Origin: Macrostomum lignano
Lineage: Eukaryota
NCBI GenBank assembly: GCA_002269645.1
Contig: NIVC01003366.1
Coordinates: 1 to 64,000 of the forward strand
DNA: 64,000 nt
Direction of reading: 5' to 3'
Of this stretch, positions 45,114-64,000 are shown one piece after another (position 1 is the stretch's first letter; every line of letters begins with the position of its first letter). The notes beneath the pieces were generated by a model, which saw only the letters and a program-made list of their open reading frames with translations, was not told where the DNA came from and made no database searches. Made by a program: the position numbers and the translations under genes.

Positions 45114-48100
45114 GTTTGAGTTGCTAGCATACAAAATCGTCCTCACTTTGCAATGAAAATGGCTGGAAAAGGTCAATTATATACTTTAACATTCCACTGT
45201 AATTTTACCTCAAAATCAATAAAAATACCAACATCTCTACCCTACCAATTACACTGCTAAGCATCTGGCTTAGCAGCCAGATGAATAATAATAAACTATT
45301 ATTACTATAATAAACTATATAAACAACTTATAAACAACATTTAATTACTTATACTAATAATTTCTTGCTAAATAATAAAAAATATTTTAACATTGCTTTG
45401 TCATTTATGCTCTTATCCATTTAAATATAATGAATGGAATGCTTGAGCAATAAAAAATATTTAATGCAATTTAACACTTAAACAAGTAGATTTATTAATA
45501 CAATCTTGACCATGTGCATGTTAACTTTAGTTGTATTTTTTATCTTGTCACAACTAGAAAATAAAAAGGTTTTTCTTTGTTTTGTTTATGTTTTGAATAA
45601 TTTAAACATTGAAAAAATGCATTCAGCTTGTTTTTTAAACAAGAAAAGCTACTTTTTATTGATGGCAACCACTTCCTAGTTTTTTGGGATTACAGTTATT
45701 TTGGTAAAAAGACATTTTGTTAACAATTGTTTTGGCAACAAGCAATAAAGTCATTTTAGAATTCCAATTATAAGATCTTTGGTAATAATCATTTTAGAAA
45801 AAAATATCAAAAGTGAAAACTTACTTTATTATCTTTTTAATTTAAATGGAATTTTAGAAATAAATGAAATATAAAAATCAACAAAAATAACTATAAACTA
45901 ATATTATAAAATGCCTATCACTAAAATGACTATTAACTAAATAATTCATTTTTAGTATGTTTGTCATAAAAGCAACTTTATTACCTAAATGACTATTTGT
46001 TATTTATATTCATTTATTATACTAAGTGTACAGGTGCCAGTTGATTTGGTGACAAGTTGCTTCTATGATAGACACATTTCACCTTTGGTGAAAAATGGAA
46101 GATTTGGTGAGTTGGTCATTTTAGTGATAGGACTTCACTTCACATAATATTAGTTTGTAATTATTTCTATATTGTATATATCTTAAAATTTCTATTGAAA
46201 AATGAGTTGCCCTATTTTGAAAAAAAAATTGAATTAACATATTGTTTCATTTTTTGCAGATTGTTTCCCATTTTTTCCCAGAATATTCAGACATTTAAAC
46301 CTAGACTAAAGGCTCTATGTTTATGAGGATCCTTATGAAATGAGAAAAGCAATAAGTCTATGGAGGTTTGGAAGTTACAATAAATATAAAAGACTGCAAC
46401 TGTATGAAGTCAATAAACAAAATCAAATAAATCAATACTTTACTATTTTATAACAATCTAAGCTTTTAGGCTTTATTTAACTTAAGATTGGCAGGATAAT
46501 TTTATGCTAAAAACTATAACAGCTATCATCAAAAGGTCTTCTTCAAAAGTCAGGAAAATGACTTTTGCTTATTACTAGAACAATTGTCATTAAGACATTC
46601 TGTTACAAAAAATTTTTAATTTAAATGTACAATGTTAGTTTAGAAAGTCTAGCATATAGGCCAATATAAAAAATAAAAAAAATTTTAATATAGGCCTTAG
46701 CCCTATAGTCTAGAATACTTAGTGCATATGTAAACAAAAATTGAATAGTTACAAATGCATATAAAAAAAAATTAGTGCATGCCTACTCTAAAATCTATGC
46801 TAGGCCTAGTGTTGCAACAATAAATGACATTTTTGTATTGTGACAATAAATACCTTTGTGTATTACATAAAGAATATTTTTTGGCAGATAATATGGTTGC
46901 TTTTTATCCTTACCTATACTAGGGGCCTATCTATAGTGGAAAATTTATATGTATAAACTGAACAAACATTTGTTTAAATGCTATGTTACAAGCTTAAAAA
47001 TTGGAATGATTAAAATTTATAACTTAGGGCCTATATAGAATAGGCCCTAGCCTATACTATACTTGACTAGACTAGGGCCTAAAGGTAAAGTAAAAAAAAC
47101 TAACAAAATCATTGCGACTTTTTTAAGTTAAAGTTTTAAGCTTCTAGTTTTAGACTAGAATTGACATTTTTTATTATTTTAAACATTAAGCTTAATCAAT
47201 GTTTTAATTACTCTGCTCTAGGCCTTATTACCTATTTATTACTTGGTCATTTTGTAGACTAGAAATGTTAATGGATAGACAAATAAATAGGCCCAATTCT
47301 TAAATAAAGTCAACATAACCATAAGGATAATGTAGGGCCTATATAAAAGCATATATTAATATTTGTCAGACTTAAAGAAGTGCCAGGCCAATAAAAGCAC
47401 ACCAAGACCATTAAAATATTGCCTTTTCTTACTATTCTGTTTGTTGTCTAAAGCAAAAAAGCATAGGGCCCAGGCCTACTGTGACTCGCCTTTGACTGGC
47501 TGTGACCTGTGAGTAGGCCCTACTATACTAGGCCTACTTATGCGATACTCCTTCGTCCTTAATAGGTTTTAGTCACAAGCAAACTAGGGCTGGGTTCGTC
47601 CAGAGCTAGGTCTACTAAAAGCTCTAGGGCAATAACTAGGCCTACTAACATGACAAAAGTTGAGAATAGGCTATCTAGGCCTAGGAGGAAGGTTACAGGT
47701 TACTCTCGACGCATTAAATAAATAAATATACAACAAAATCTACGAACACAACGAAGCCTTTACTATATATATTTTCCACTATGTAGACTAAACTACTTGT
47801 CTGCATCGTACGTAATGACATGCATTTGACTGTAAAGATGTAGGCCCTATAGTATTATTATAAGAGGAACAATTCGGCTTGTCGCTGTACAGTCACGTGC
47901 ATATATTTAACTAATTTTAAAAAAGTCTTAAACTAAAACAAAATAGACGTCAAAGTCAGCTTTTTTATTAAATATAAAATATGATAATCAAATTTTTTTA
48001 GTTATAAAACAAGTATTCATATGCATTTCTTGTACATCATGCTATCCATGGTAACAGCTAGCTTCCCCCCTTATTTACTTTAGGATTTGGATAAATGTAA

Positions 48101-49777
48101 GAAGCAAGAAGCAATAACGAATGTAGGCAATTAATGCAGCTATTAATAAATAGTATAATATCAATAACAATATGTTATTACATAATACATGCAGTTTCAT
48201 CGTCTAAATTTTGAAATGTTTACATATATGGCGTATTTTAAGGCTCGTATAGACAATTATTGTTACGTGAAGGTGCAGGTGATCAGGTGATGGTTCTGCA
48301 CTGGCCCACAAACACGTGAAAGTTTGAAATCCCTAGACTAATATAGACTCAAAAGAATGTGAATTAATTTATTGTAATTGTAAAGTGAGTCTATTTCACA
48401 TACTAGAAAATTTGGATTTTTATTAGGTTTCTTCATTTCTACGAGCGTACATGTAGATCTCTGTCATGCTTCCGGAAGTTCTCTGTTTACTGTACCGCTC
48501 GACGCTCGAAGCTAGTTTAGCTAAGCACAAGCACAGTAGGTACTACGTGCTGTAGATCATTATATGAGCGTCTATATCGTATTTGTGCTGCATGCAAATA
48601 CATATATGCATGTAAGTATTCAATTCCTTCTCTCTAGTCCCATAATTTTTACATGTATCTTCAATCGCTAGTAGGCGACAAAAATAAATTTATACACGTA
48701 CACGTGATGGCCGTTCCAGCAGGATGATTGATAGAAAAATTATTTGATACTGTTACGTAGAGAGAGGGACTGCACACTGTTTTTTTCAGATCAGAGTATA
48801 AGGCGTAATTGGCTATAGCAAAAGTACATATGTTACACATGTATTTTGCGCCTTCCAGTGTTGGCGCCCTCGCGGAGCCCCCTGTTGTTGGCGCCCCAGT
48901 GCTGACGCCCCCGGTGCTGGCGCCCCTGAGTGAGAAACAAATCAAACTGATCAAATTTTATCTCTATAACCGATAGGCCAAGCCTAAGGTATATTCATGA
49001 CGTAAAAAAAGTCTAACAGGCAATTCAAACGACCAGCGCTGTCTTGTGAATACATATGTACGAATAATGCATGCACACTATTATATACTAGCTTTACTCA
49101 TATATGTAGGCAAACAAAATAGACGCGACAGACCGCTTGTCGAAGACAGCTGCATCTTGAGTAGTTCACGGGGTGAAGAGGGAGTGAGAGTGAGATGGGG
49201 ATCTGTTTGAGAGGCAAACGCGCAAATTAAGGCTCCAGCAGGCGCTACCGCTGGAGGGAATTGCAGTGGATTTAAATTTTCTTGGTCTCGGCCTACAAAA
49301 CTTGTTCGTGAATTCTTTCTCCCAATTTTCCCATCGGATGCTTGCAGCCTGTGGGGATCCGGAATTCCCTGCCGTGTTTGCACACTTTTTCATTCCACGC
49401 CTCAGAGCTGCCGTCTGCGCGCGCTGACTTCCAGTCCTGATGGGTGGCACTTTGCTTAATCCAATCAGAGTCTTCGAAGGCGCGTTCTCGTTACACGGGA
49501 CATCCGGGCCTTTCGAGTTCATCGATGCATGCAAATCGATTATTGGAGAGTAATTACTCGAGGGTGGCGAAGGGCAATTGCTCCGTAGGGAAATTTCTGC
49601 GAAGAAAATTGACTTCTTTTGAGCTTTTGGCAATTTCAACCAATGTTACTGGAACAATGTTCCTTAATGCGTGTAAATTTGTTGCATTTTCTACTAAAAT
49701 TTACGTGTAGTGCGTTCTTTTTCAAAGTATTTTTTGTTATTTTGCTTGATTTTGGCTGCTGCAGGCTCTTAGTACAA

Positions 49778-51975
49778 AACCCCAATCTTCACACAATCTC
49801 CACTCTTCACACAATCCCCAATCTTCACACAATCCCCAATCTTCACACAATCTCCATTCTTCACACAATCCCCAATCTTCACACAATCTCCATTCTTCAC
49901 ACAATCCCCAATATTCACACAATCCCTAATCTTAACACAATCCCTAATCCTCACACAATCCCTAATCCTCACACAATTCCTATTCCACACTCAATCCCTA
50001 ATCTTCACACAATCCCTATTCTTCACACAATCCCTAATCCTCATACAATCCCCACTCTTCCCACAATCCCTAATCTTCCCACAATCCCTAATCTTCACAC
50101 AATCCCTAATCCTCATACAATCCCCACTCTTCACACAATCCCTAATCTTCACACAATCCCTAATCCTCATACAATCCCCACTCTTCACAAAATCCCTAAT
50201 CTTCACACAATCCCTAATCCTCATACAATCCCCACTCTTCACACAATCCCTAATCTTCACACAATCCCTAATCTTCACACAATCCCTAATCCTCATACAA
50301 TCCCCACTCTTCACACAATCCCTAATCTTCACACAATCCCTAATCCTCATACAATCCCTAATCCTCATACAATCCCCACTCTTCACACAATCCCTAATCT
50401 TCACACAATCCCTAATCTTCACACAATCCCTAATCCTCATACAATCCCCACTCTTCACACAATCCCTAATCTTCACACAATCCCTAATCCTCATACAATC
50501 CCTAATCCTCATATAATCCCCACTCTTCACACAATCCCTAATCTTCACACAATCCCTAATCCTCATACAATCCCCACTCTTCACACAATCCCTAATCTTC
50601 ACACAATCCCTAATCCTCATACAATCCCTAATCCTCATACAATCCCCACTCTTCACACAATCCCTAATCTTCACACAATCCCTAATCTTCACACAATCCC
50701 TAATCTTCACGCAATCCCTAATCCTCATACAATCCCCACTCTTCACACAATCCCTAATCTTCACACAATCCCTAATCCTCATACAATCCCTAATCCTCAT
50801 ACAATCCCCACTCTTCACACAATCCCTAATCTTCACACAATCCCTAATCCTCATACAATCCCTAATCCTCATACAATCCCCACTCTTCACACAATCCCTA
50901 ATCTTCACACAATCCCTAATCTTCACACAATCCCTAATCCTCATACAATCCCCACTCTTCACACAATCCCTAATCTTCACTCAATCCCTAATCCTCATAC
51001 AATCCCTAATCCTCATACAATCCCCACTCTTCACACAATCCCTAATCTTCACACAATCCCTAATCCTCATACAATCCCCACTCTTCACACAATCCCTAAT
51101 CTTCACACAATCCCTAATCCTCATACAATCCCTAATCCTCATACAATCCCCACTCTTCACACAATCCCTAATCTTCACACAATCCCTAATCTTCACACAA
51201 TCCCTAATCCTCATACAATCCCCACTCTTCACACAATCCCTAATCTTCACACAATCCCTAATCCTCATACAATCCCCACTCTTCACACAATCCCTAATCT
51301 TCACACAATCCCTAATCCTCATACAATCCCTAATCCTCATACAATCCCCACTCTTCACACAATCCCTAATCTTCACACAATCCCTAATCTTCACACAATC
51401 CCTAATCCTCATACAATCCCCACTCTTCACACAATCCCTAATCTTCACACAATCCCTAATCCTCATACAATCCCCACTCTTCACACAATCCCTAATCTTC
51501 ACACAATCCCTAATCCTCATACAATCCCCACTCTTCACACAATCCCTAATCTTCACACAATCCCTAATCCTCATACAATCCCTAATCCTCATACAATCCC
51601 CACTCTTCACACAATCCCTAATCTTCACACAATCCCTAATCTTCACACAATCCCTAATCCTCATACAATCCCCACTCTTCACACAATCCCTAATCTTCAC
51701 ACAATCCCTAATCCTCATACAATCCCCACTCTTCACACAATCCCTAATCTTCACACAATCCCGAATCCTCATACAATCCCTAATCCTCATACAATCCCCA
51801 CTCTTCACACAATCCCTAATCTTCACACAATCCCTAATCTTCACACAATCCCTAATCCTCATACAATCCCCACTCTTCACACAATCCCTAATCTTCACAC
51901 AATCCCTAATCCTCATACAATCCCCACTCTTCACACAATCCCTAATCTTCACACAATCCCTAATCCTTATACAAT
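49778..51975. repeat. 18-bp satellite CTTCACACAATCCCTAAT (with CCTCATACAATCCCCACT variants)
   Basis: Direct reading. Confidence 0.97.
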
Positions 51976-52309
51976 TTCTCATACAGTGTTGGAAGTGGCC
52001 AAAAGTCAGAAAAATGTTCGAATTTTCAACAAATTCTAACATTGCGCAACTGCACTGCACTATCAATTTACATGTATTTAGTAAATATCTCTGAAATGAA
52101 ATGAATGAAAATTGCCTGGGCAAGACCAGTAATTTTCTGGATCTCTTGGCTGCCTCCTTCAGTTCCTCTTGGCGCTGACTCTTTATTCTTTTATCTGACG
52201 CCATTTTAGTGCTTTTGGTTGCAGCGCCAGAAGCGGTTTAAGTCTTGGGATTGCGGCGGACTCGGAATTTCGATCAGAGATGCCAAAGTAAAAGGGCTGA
52301 ATACTAAAA

Positions 52310-53391
52310 CAGGGGTTGGCAAACTCCGGCCTGAGGGCCAAATGTGCCCCGCAAAGCCTCTCTATCCGGCCCTTGGGTCCTTTAAATCTTCACAATAGCA
52401 ATCCGGCCCGCTCGATGTTTGTGTCTCTTCTCAGCTCTCTCTTCTCATAGTCTCCTCTAATCTCCTCTCCGCTCCTCTCCTCACCTCTCATCTTCTCACC
52501 TCTGTCCTCTCCTCTCATCTCCACACCTATCTCCTCTCCTCATCTCTCTCCTCTCCTCTTATCTCCTCACCTCTCTCCTCTCCTCTCATCTCCTCAACTC
52601 TCTCCTCTAATTTCTTATCCTCTCCTCTCATCTCCTCACCTCTGTCCTCTCCTCTCATCTCCACACCTATCTCCTCTCCTCACCTCTCTCCTCACCTCTC
52701 ATCTCCTCACCTATCTCCTCTCCTCATCTCTCTCCTCTCCTCTTATCTCCTCACCTCTCTCCTCTCCTCTCATCTCCTCAACTCTCTCCTCTAATTTCTT
52801 ATCCTCTCCTCTCATCTCCTCAACTCTGTCCTCTCCTCTCATCTCTTTACCTATCTCCTCTCCTCTCTTCTTTCCTCTCATTTCCTCACCTCTCTCCTCT
52901 CCTCTCCTCTCCTCTCTCCTCGCCTCTCATCTCCTCAACTCTATCCTCACCTCTCATCTCCTCACCTCTATCCTCTCCCCTCATCTCTTTACCTATCTCC
53001 TCTCCTCTCATCTCCTCTCCTTTCCTATCCTATCCTCTCATCTCCGTTTTCTCTCCATTCTCTTCTCCCTTCCCTCCTCTCTCCTCTTCTTATCTCCTGT
53101 CTCATTAATTTCGACTCTCCACTCCTCATTCATCTCCCCTCTCCTCTCTCTTCTCCTATGTTATCTCTCTTCTTGTCTACTCTCTTCTCCTTTATTCCTT
53201 CGCCTCTCCATTCTCCTGCGCTCGTATTTCTGTTCTCCATTCCCCATCCTCTCTCCCTATAGCCCGCAGTCATCAGGGATTCCTGGGCGCGCATTTCGCT
53301 TAGGGGGCCCAGCGAAGCGGACCGATGCAGAAGGGCAGTCAGGCTGTTCTCAATCTTCTGGCCCTTGAGGTAAAAAGTTTGCTGACCCCTG
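52310..53391 (+). mobile_element. Non-autonomous hAT element with a CT-rich interior
   Basis: Termini CAGGGGTTGGCAAACT...AGTTTGCTGACCCCTG, with CGGCCC subterminal motifs. The 8-bp TSD is TACTAAAA (52302) / CACTAAAA (53392), a 7/8 match. Confidence 0.85.
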
Positions 53392-53630
53392 CACTAAAAG
53401 CACTAGGCTTCGGCACATTAGATAAAAACTGTAGTGGAATGGGATCGAGAACAACATGAACTTTTACATCAGCTGGTACCCAAAGCTTCCAAGACTCAGA
53501 AAAGCCAAAGCCGAAAATCGGCGGACACTTGCTTGAAATTCAAAAAGGGCACTTGCAGGATCATGCTAAAAAGTGGTGGGGGGGCTCTAGCCCCCCCCGT
53601 GCACCCCCCGCCCAGGTTCCGACACCCCTG

Positions 53631-54048
53631 CTTCACACAATCCCTAATCCTCATACAATCCCCACTCTTCACACAATCCCTAATCCTCATACAATCCCCA
53701 CTCTTCACACAATCCCTAATCCTCATACAATCCCCACTCTTCACACAATCCCTAATCCTCATACAATCCCCACTCTTCACGCAATCCCTAATCCTCATAC
53801 AATCCCCACTCTTCACACAATTCCCAAATATTCACACAATTCACAATCTTCACACAATCCTAGTCTTCACACAATCCTAGTCTTCACACAATTCCCAATC
53901 TTCACATAATTCCCAATCTTCACACAATCCCCAATCTTCACATAATTCCCAATCTTCACACAATCCCCAATCTTCACATAATTCCCAATCTTCACACAAT
54001 CCCCAATCTTCACATAATTCCCAATCTTCACACAATCCCCACTCTTCA
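53631..54048. repeat. Continuation of the 18-bp satellite
   Basis: Same unit variants as 49778-51975. Confidence 0.93.
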
Positions 54049-54479
54049 CCTCGTGACGTCATGAGTAAAGCGGTTTTGAATCGCAATGTCCAAATTCTTT
54101 TGAAGTCCGTACAGTCTGAGAATGCAATGCAATGAAGAAGTGCGGATGCAGTGTATATTGTTAGTATGAGCGTAAATATCAAATATTAATAATTTAAAAT
54201 GAAGGAACTCAATGCTTCTCCGATCCGACAGTTAGTAACGCACCAAGATTAATTACAGTACTCTTGAAATAACCGCTTTCCTGATTACTTGCTTCTTGTT
54301 TATAAACGAATAATATATTGTAACAATAGCATCTGATCGCTTAACTTTATAAATACAATAAGCCCGCAGTTTCCTAATGACCTGATTGCTTCTTACGGTT
54401 GCTATGAGCGCAGTGAGCACATGTAGATTTGAATGGGCAATTTTTTTGTGCAAAATACAACATTTTTCACCACTTTAGC

Positions 54480-55578
54480 TTTAGCGCCATCACCTCAGAT
54501 TCTTTAGTTTTAGCGCCATCACCTCAGATCCTTCCGCTTTGGCGCCATCACCTCAGATCCTTCCGCTTTGGCGCCATCACCTCAGATCCTTCCGTTTTGG
54601 CAATTTTGGTGCCATCAGCTCAGATCCTTCAGCTTTGGCGCCATCAGCTCAGATTCTTCAGCTTGGGTGCCATCGCCTCAGATGCTTCAGTTTTGGCGCC
54701 ATCAGCTCAGATCCTTCAGTTTTGGTTCCATCAGCCCAGATCCTTCAGTTTTGGCGCCATTGCCTCAGATCCTTCAGTTTTGGCGCCATCACCTCAGTTC
54801 TTCAGTTTTGGTGCCATCACCTCAGATCCTTCAGTTTTGGCGCCATCGCCTCAGATCCTTCAGTTTTGGCGCCATTGCCTCAGTTCTTCAGTTTTGGTGC
54901 CATCGCCTCAGATCCTTCAGTTTTGGTGCCATCGCCTCAGATCCTTCAGTTTTGGCGCCATTGCCTCAGTTCTTCAGTTTTGGTGCCATAGCCTCAGATC
55001 CTTCAGTTTTGGCGCCATTGCCTCAGATCCTTCAGTTTTGGTGCCATCGCCTCAGATCCTTAAGTTTAGGCGCCATTGCCTCAGATCCTTCAGTTTTGGC
55101 GCCATTGCCTCAGATCCTTCAGTTTTGGCGCCATTGCCTCAGATCCTTCAGTTTTGGCGCCATTGCCTCAGATCCTTCAGTTTTGGCGCCATTGCCTCAG
55201 ATCCTTCAGTTTTGGCGCCATTGCCTCAGATCCTTCAGTTTTGGCGCCATTGCCTCAGATCCTTCAGTTTTGGTGCCATTGCCTCAGATCCTTCAGTTTA
55301 GGCGCCATTGCCTCAGATCCTTCAGTTTTGGTGCCATCACCTCAGTTCTTCAGTTTTGGTTCCATCAGCCCAGATCTTTCAGTTTTGGCGCCATCACCTC
55401 AGTTCTTCAGTTTTGGTGCCATCACCTCAGATCCTTCAGTTTTGGCGCCATTGCCTCAGATCCTTCAGTTTTGGTGCCATCACCTCAGATCCTTCAGTTT
55501 TGGCGCCATCACCTCAGATCCTTCAGTTTTGGCGCCATCACCTCAGATCCTTTAGTTTAGGCGCTATCACCTCAGATG
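54480..55578. repeat. 29-bp minisatellite CAGATCCTTCAGTTTTGGCGCCATTGCCT
   Basis: Direct reading. Confidence 0.95.
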
Positions 55579-55656
55579 TCCGGAGCTGGAGCCAACACCT
55601 CTCGGTTGCTTCAGCTACAATGGACACCCAGTGCCAGCCACCGTCACAAGAAGCAG

Positions 55657-63346
<7,690 letters not shown>

Positions 63347-64000
63347 TTCTGAGATCTGGGTAATTTTATACTTTATTCAAGTCACAATCTTATTTTTTAA
63401 CGGGGATCAATACCGTACTATATAACAAACGTGGTCAAGAAGTGCAATCGTTTCTTTCCAGCTATTGCCTATTGGACTGACTGCATTCCAGCCTATTAAA
63501 TGATCTTTCGAGGCAGCTTGAAGTGGCTGACCGTGACCCGCACCTCCTCAACTGTGCCCTCGGCCGGTTATAAAGTTATAAAGGAATGGGCTGGAGACTG
63601 GAGAGAGATTTCTCTCAATCAAATTTGTCTATGGCACAACCCACTCGTTTCTAGTAAAATCGAGTGTATACAGCGCCCCTCTGCAGATTTCGATTCTGTC
63701 AAAATATAGGTCAATTGAAAAGTTCATTAAGTACTTCAATTGCTTGAAAAAAATAACTCTTGACTTTGCCGCCACTTGAGAATGAGATAAAATAATTGGA
63801 TTTCAACAGGCTCAGTTCACCAATTAGTGTTGAAGTGTTGTTTGAGATTCTAAACTGTCAACGAAAACAAGTTTAGCCACTGATATTATAAGATTACTTT
63901 TATATGTATAGTGTATTAAAAGTTTACGAACCTTATCTCTAATTAAAGATTGTAAATTAAATAGCGCGATTACATATTTGCTCCTGCACACGCCGCTTTA

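Noticed and set aside
49166-49639. 157-aa minus ORF; another frame has a weak hAT-like IHC motif with stops
   Set aside because: The similarity is too weak to call without a profile search; at most a decayed TE fragment next to GGCGCCC repeats (48850-48930).
49619-52204. 806-aa, 407-aa and 329-aa ORFs (LHTIPN / CVKIRD repeats)
   Set aside because: These are translations of an 18-bp satellite that is open on both strands and has no non-repetitive domain.

Overview
Repeat-rich eukaryotic genomic DNA with GC-rich exons, GT-AG introns and AT-rich or satellite-filled introns. The style and the gene types suggest a lophotrochozoan, probably a flatworm such as Macrostomum (inference). Manual exon assembly with phase checks supports five protein-coding genes and one pseudogene. 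(1) A ~19-exon, ~1970-aa gene on the minus strand (24478->~3514): N-myristoylation motif, 7 cupredoxin-like repeats, a CHB_HEX_C/Fn3_assoc-like domain, then 6 FN3 domains interrupted by a charged linker. (2) An intronless phospholipid-scramblase-family gene nested on the same strand inside the intron that splits the host's last FN3 domain. (3) A 2-exon stomatin/MEC-2-like gene (+), divergent from gene 1. (4) A Runt-domain (Runx) pseudogene exon missed by the ORF track. (5) A 2-exon Wee1-like kinase (-) with a non-canonical catalytic loop. (6) A 3-exon DEG/ENaC channel (-). The rest is about 25 tandem arrays, several with higher-order structure, and non-autonomous DNA transposons (hAT, PIF/Harbinger, THAP-bearing, foldback). 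Most long ORFs in the track are translations of these satellites. No database searches were run; family calls come from motif recognition.
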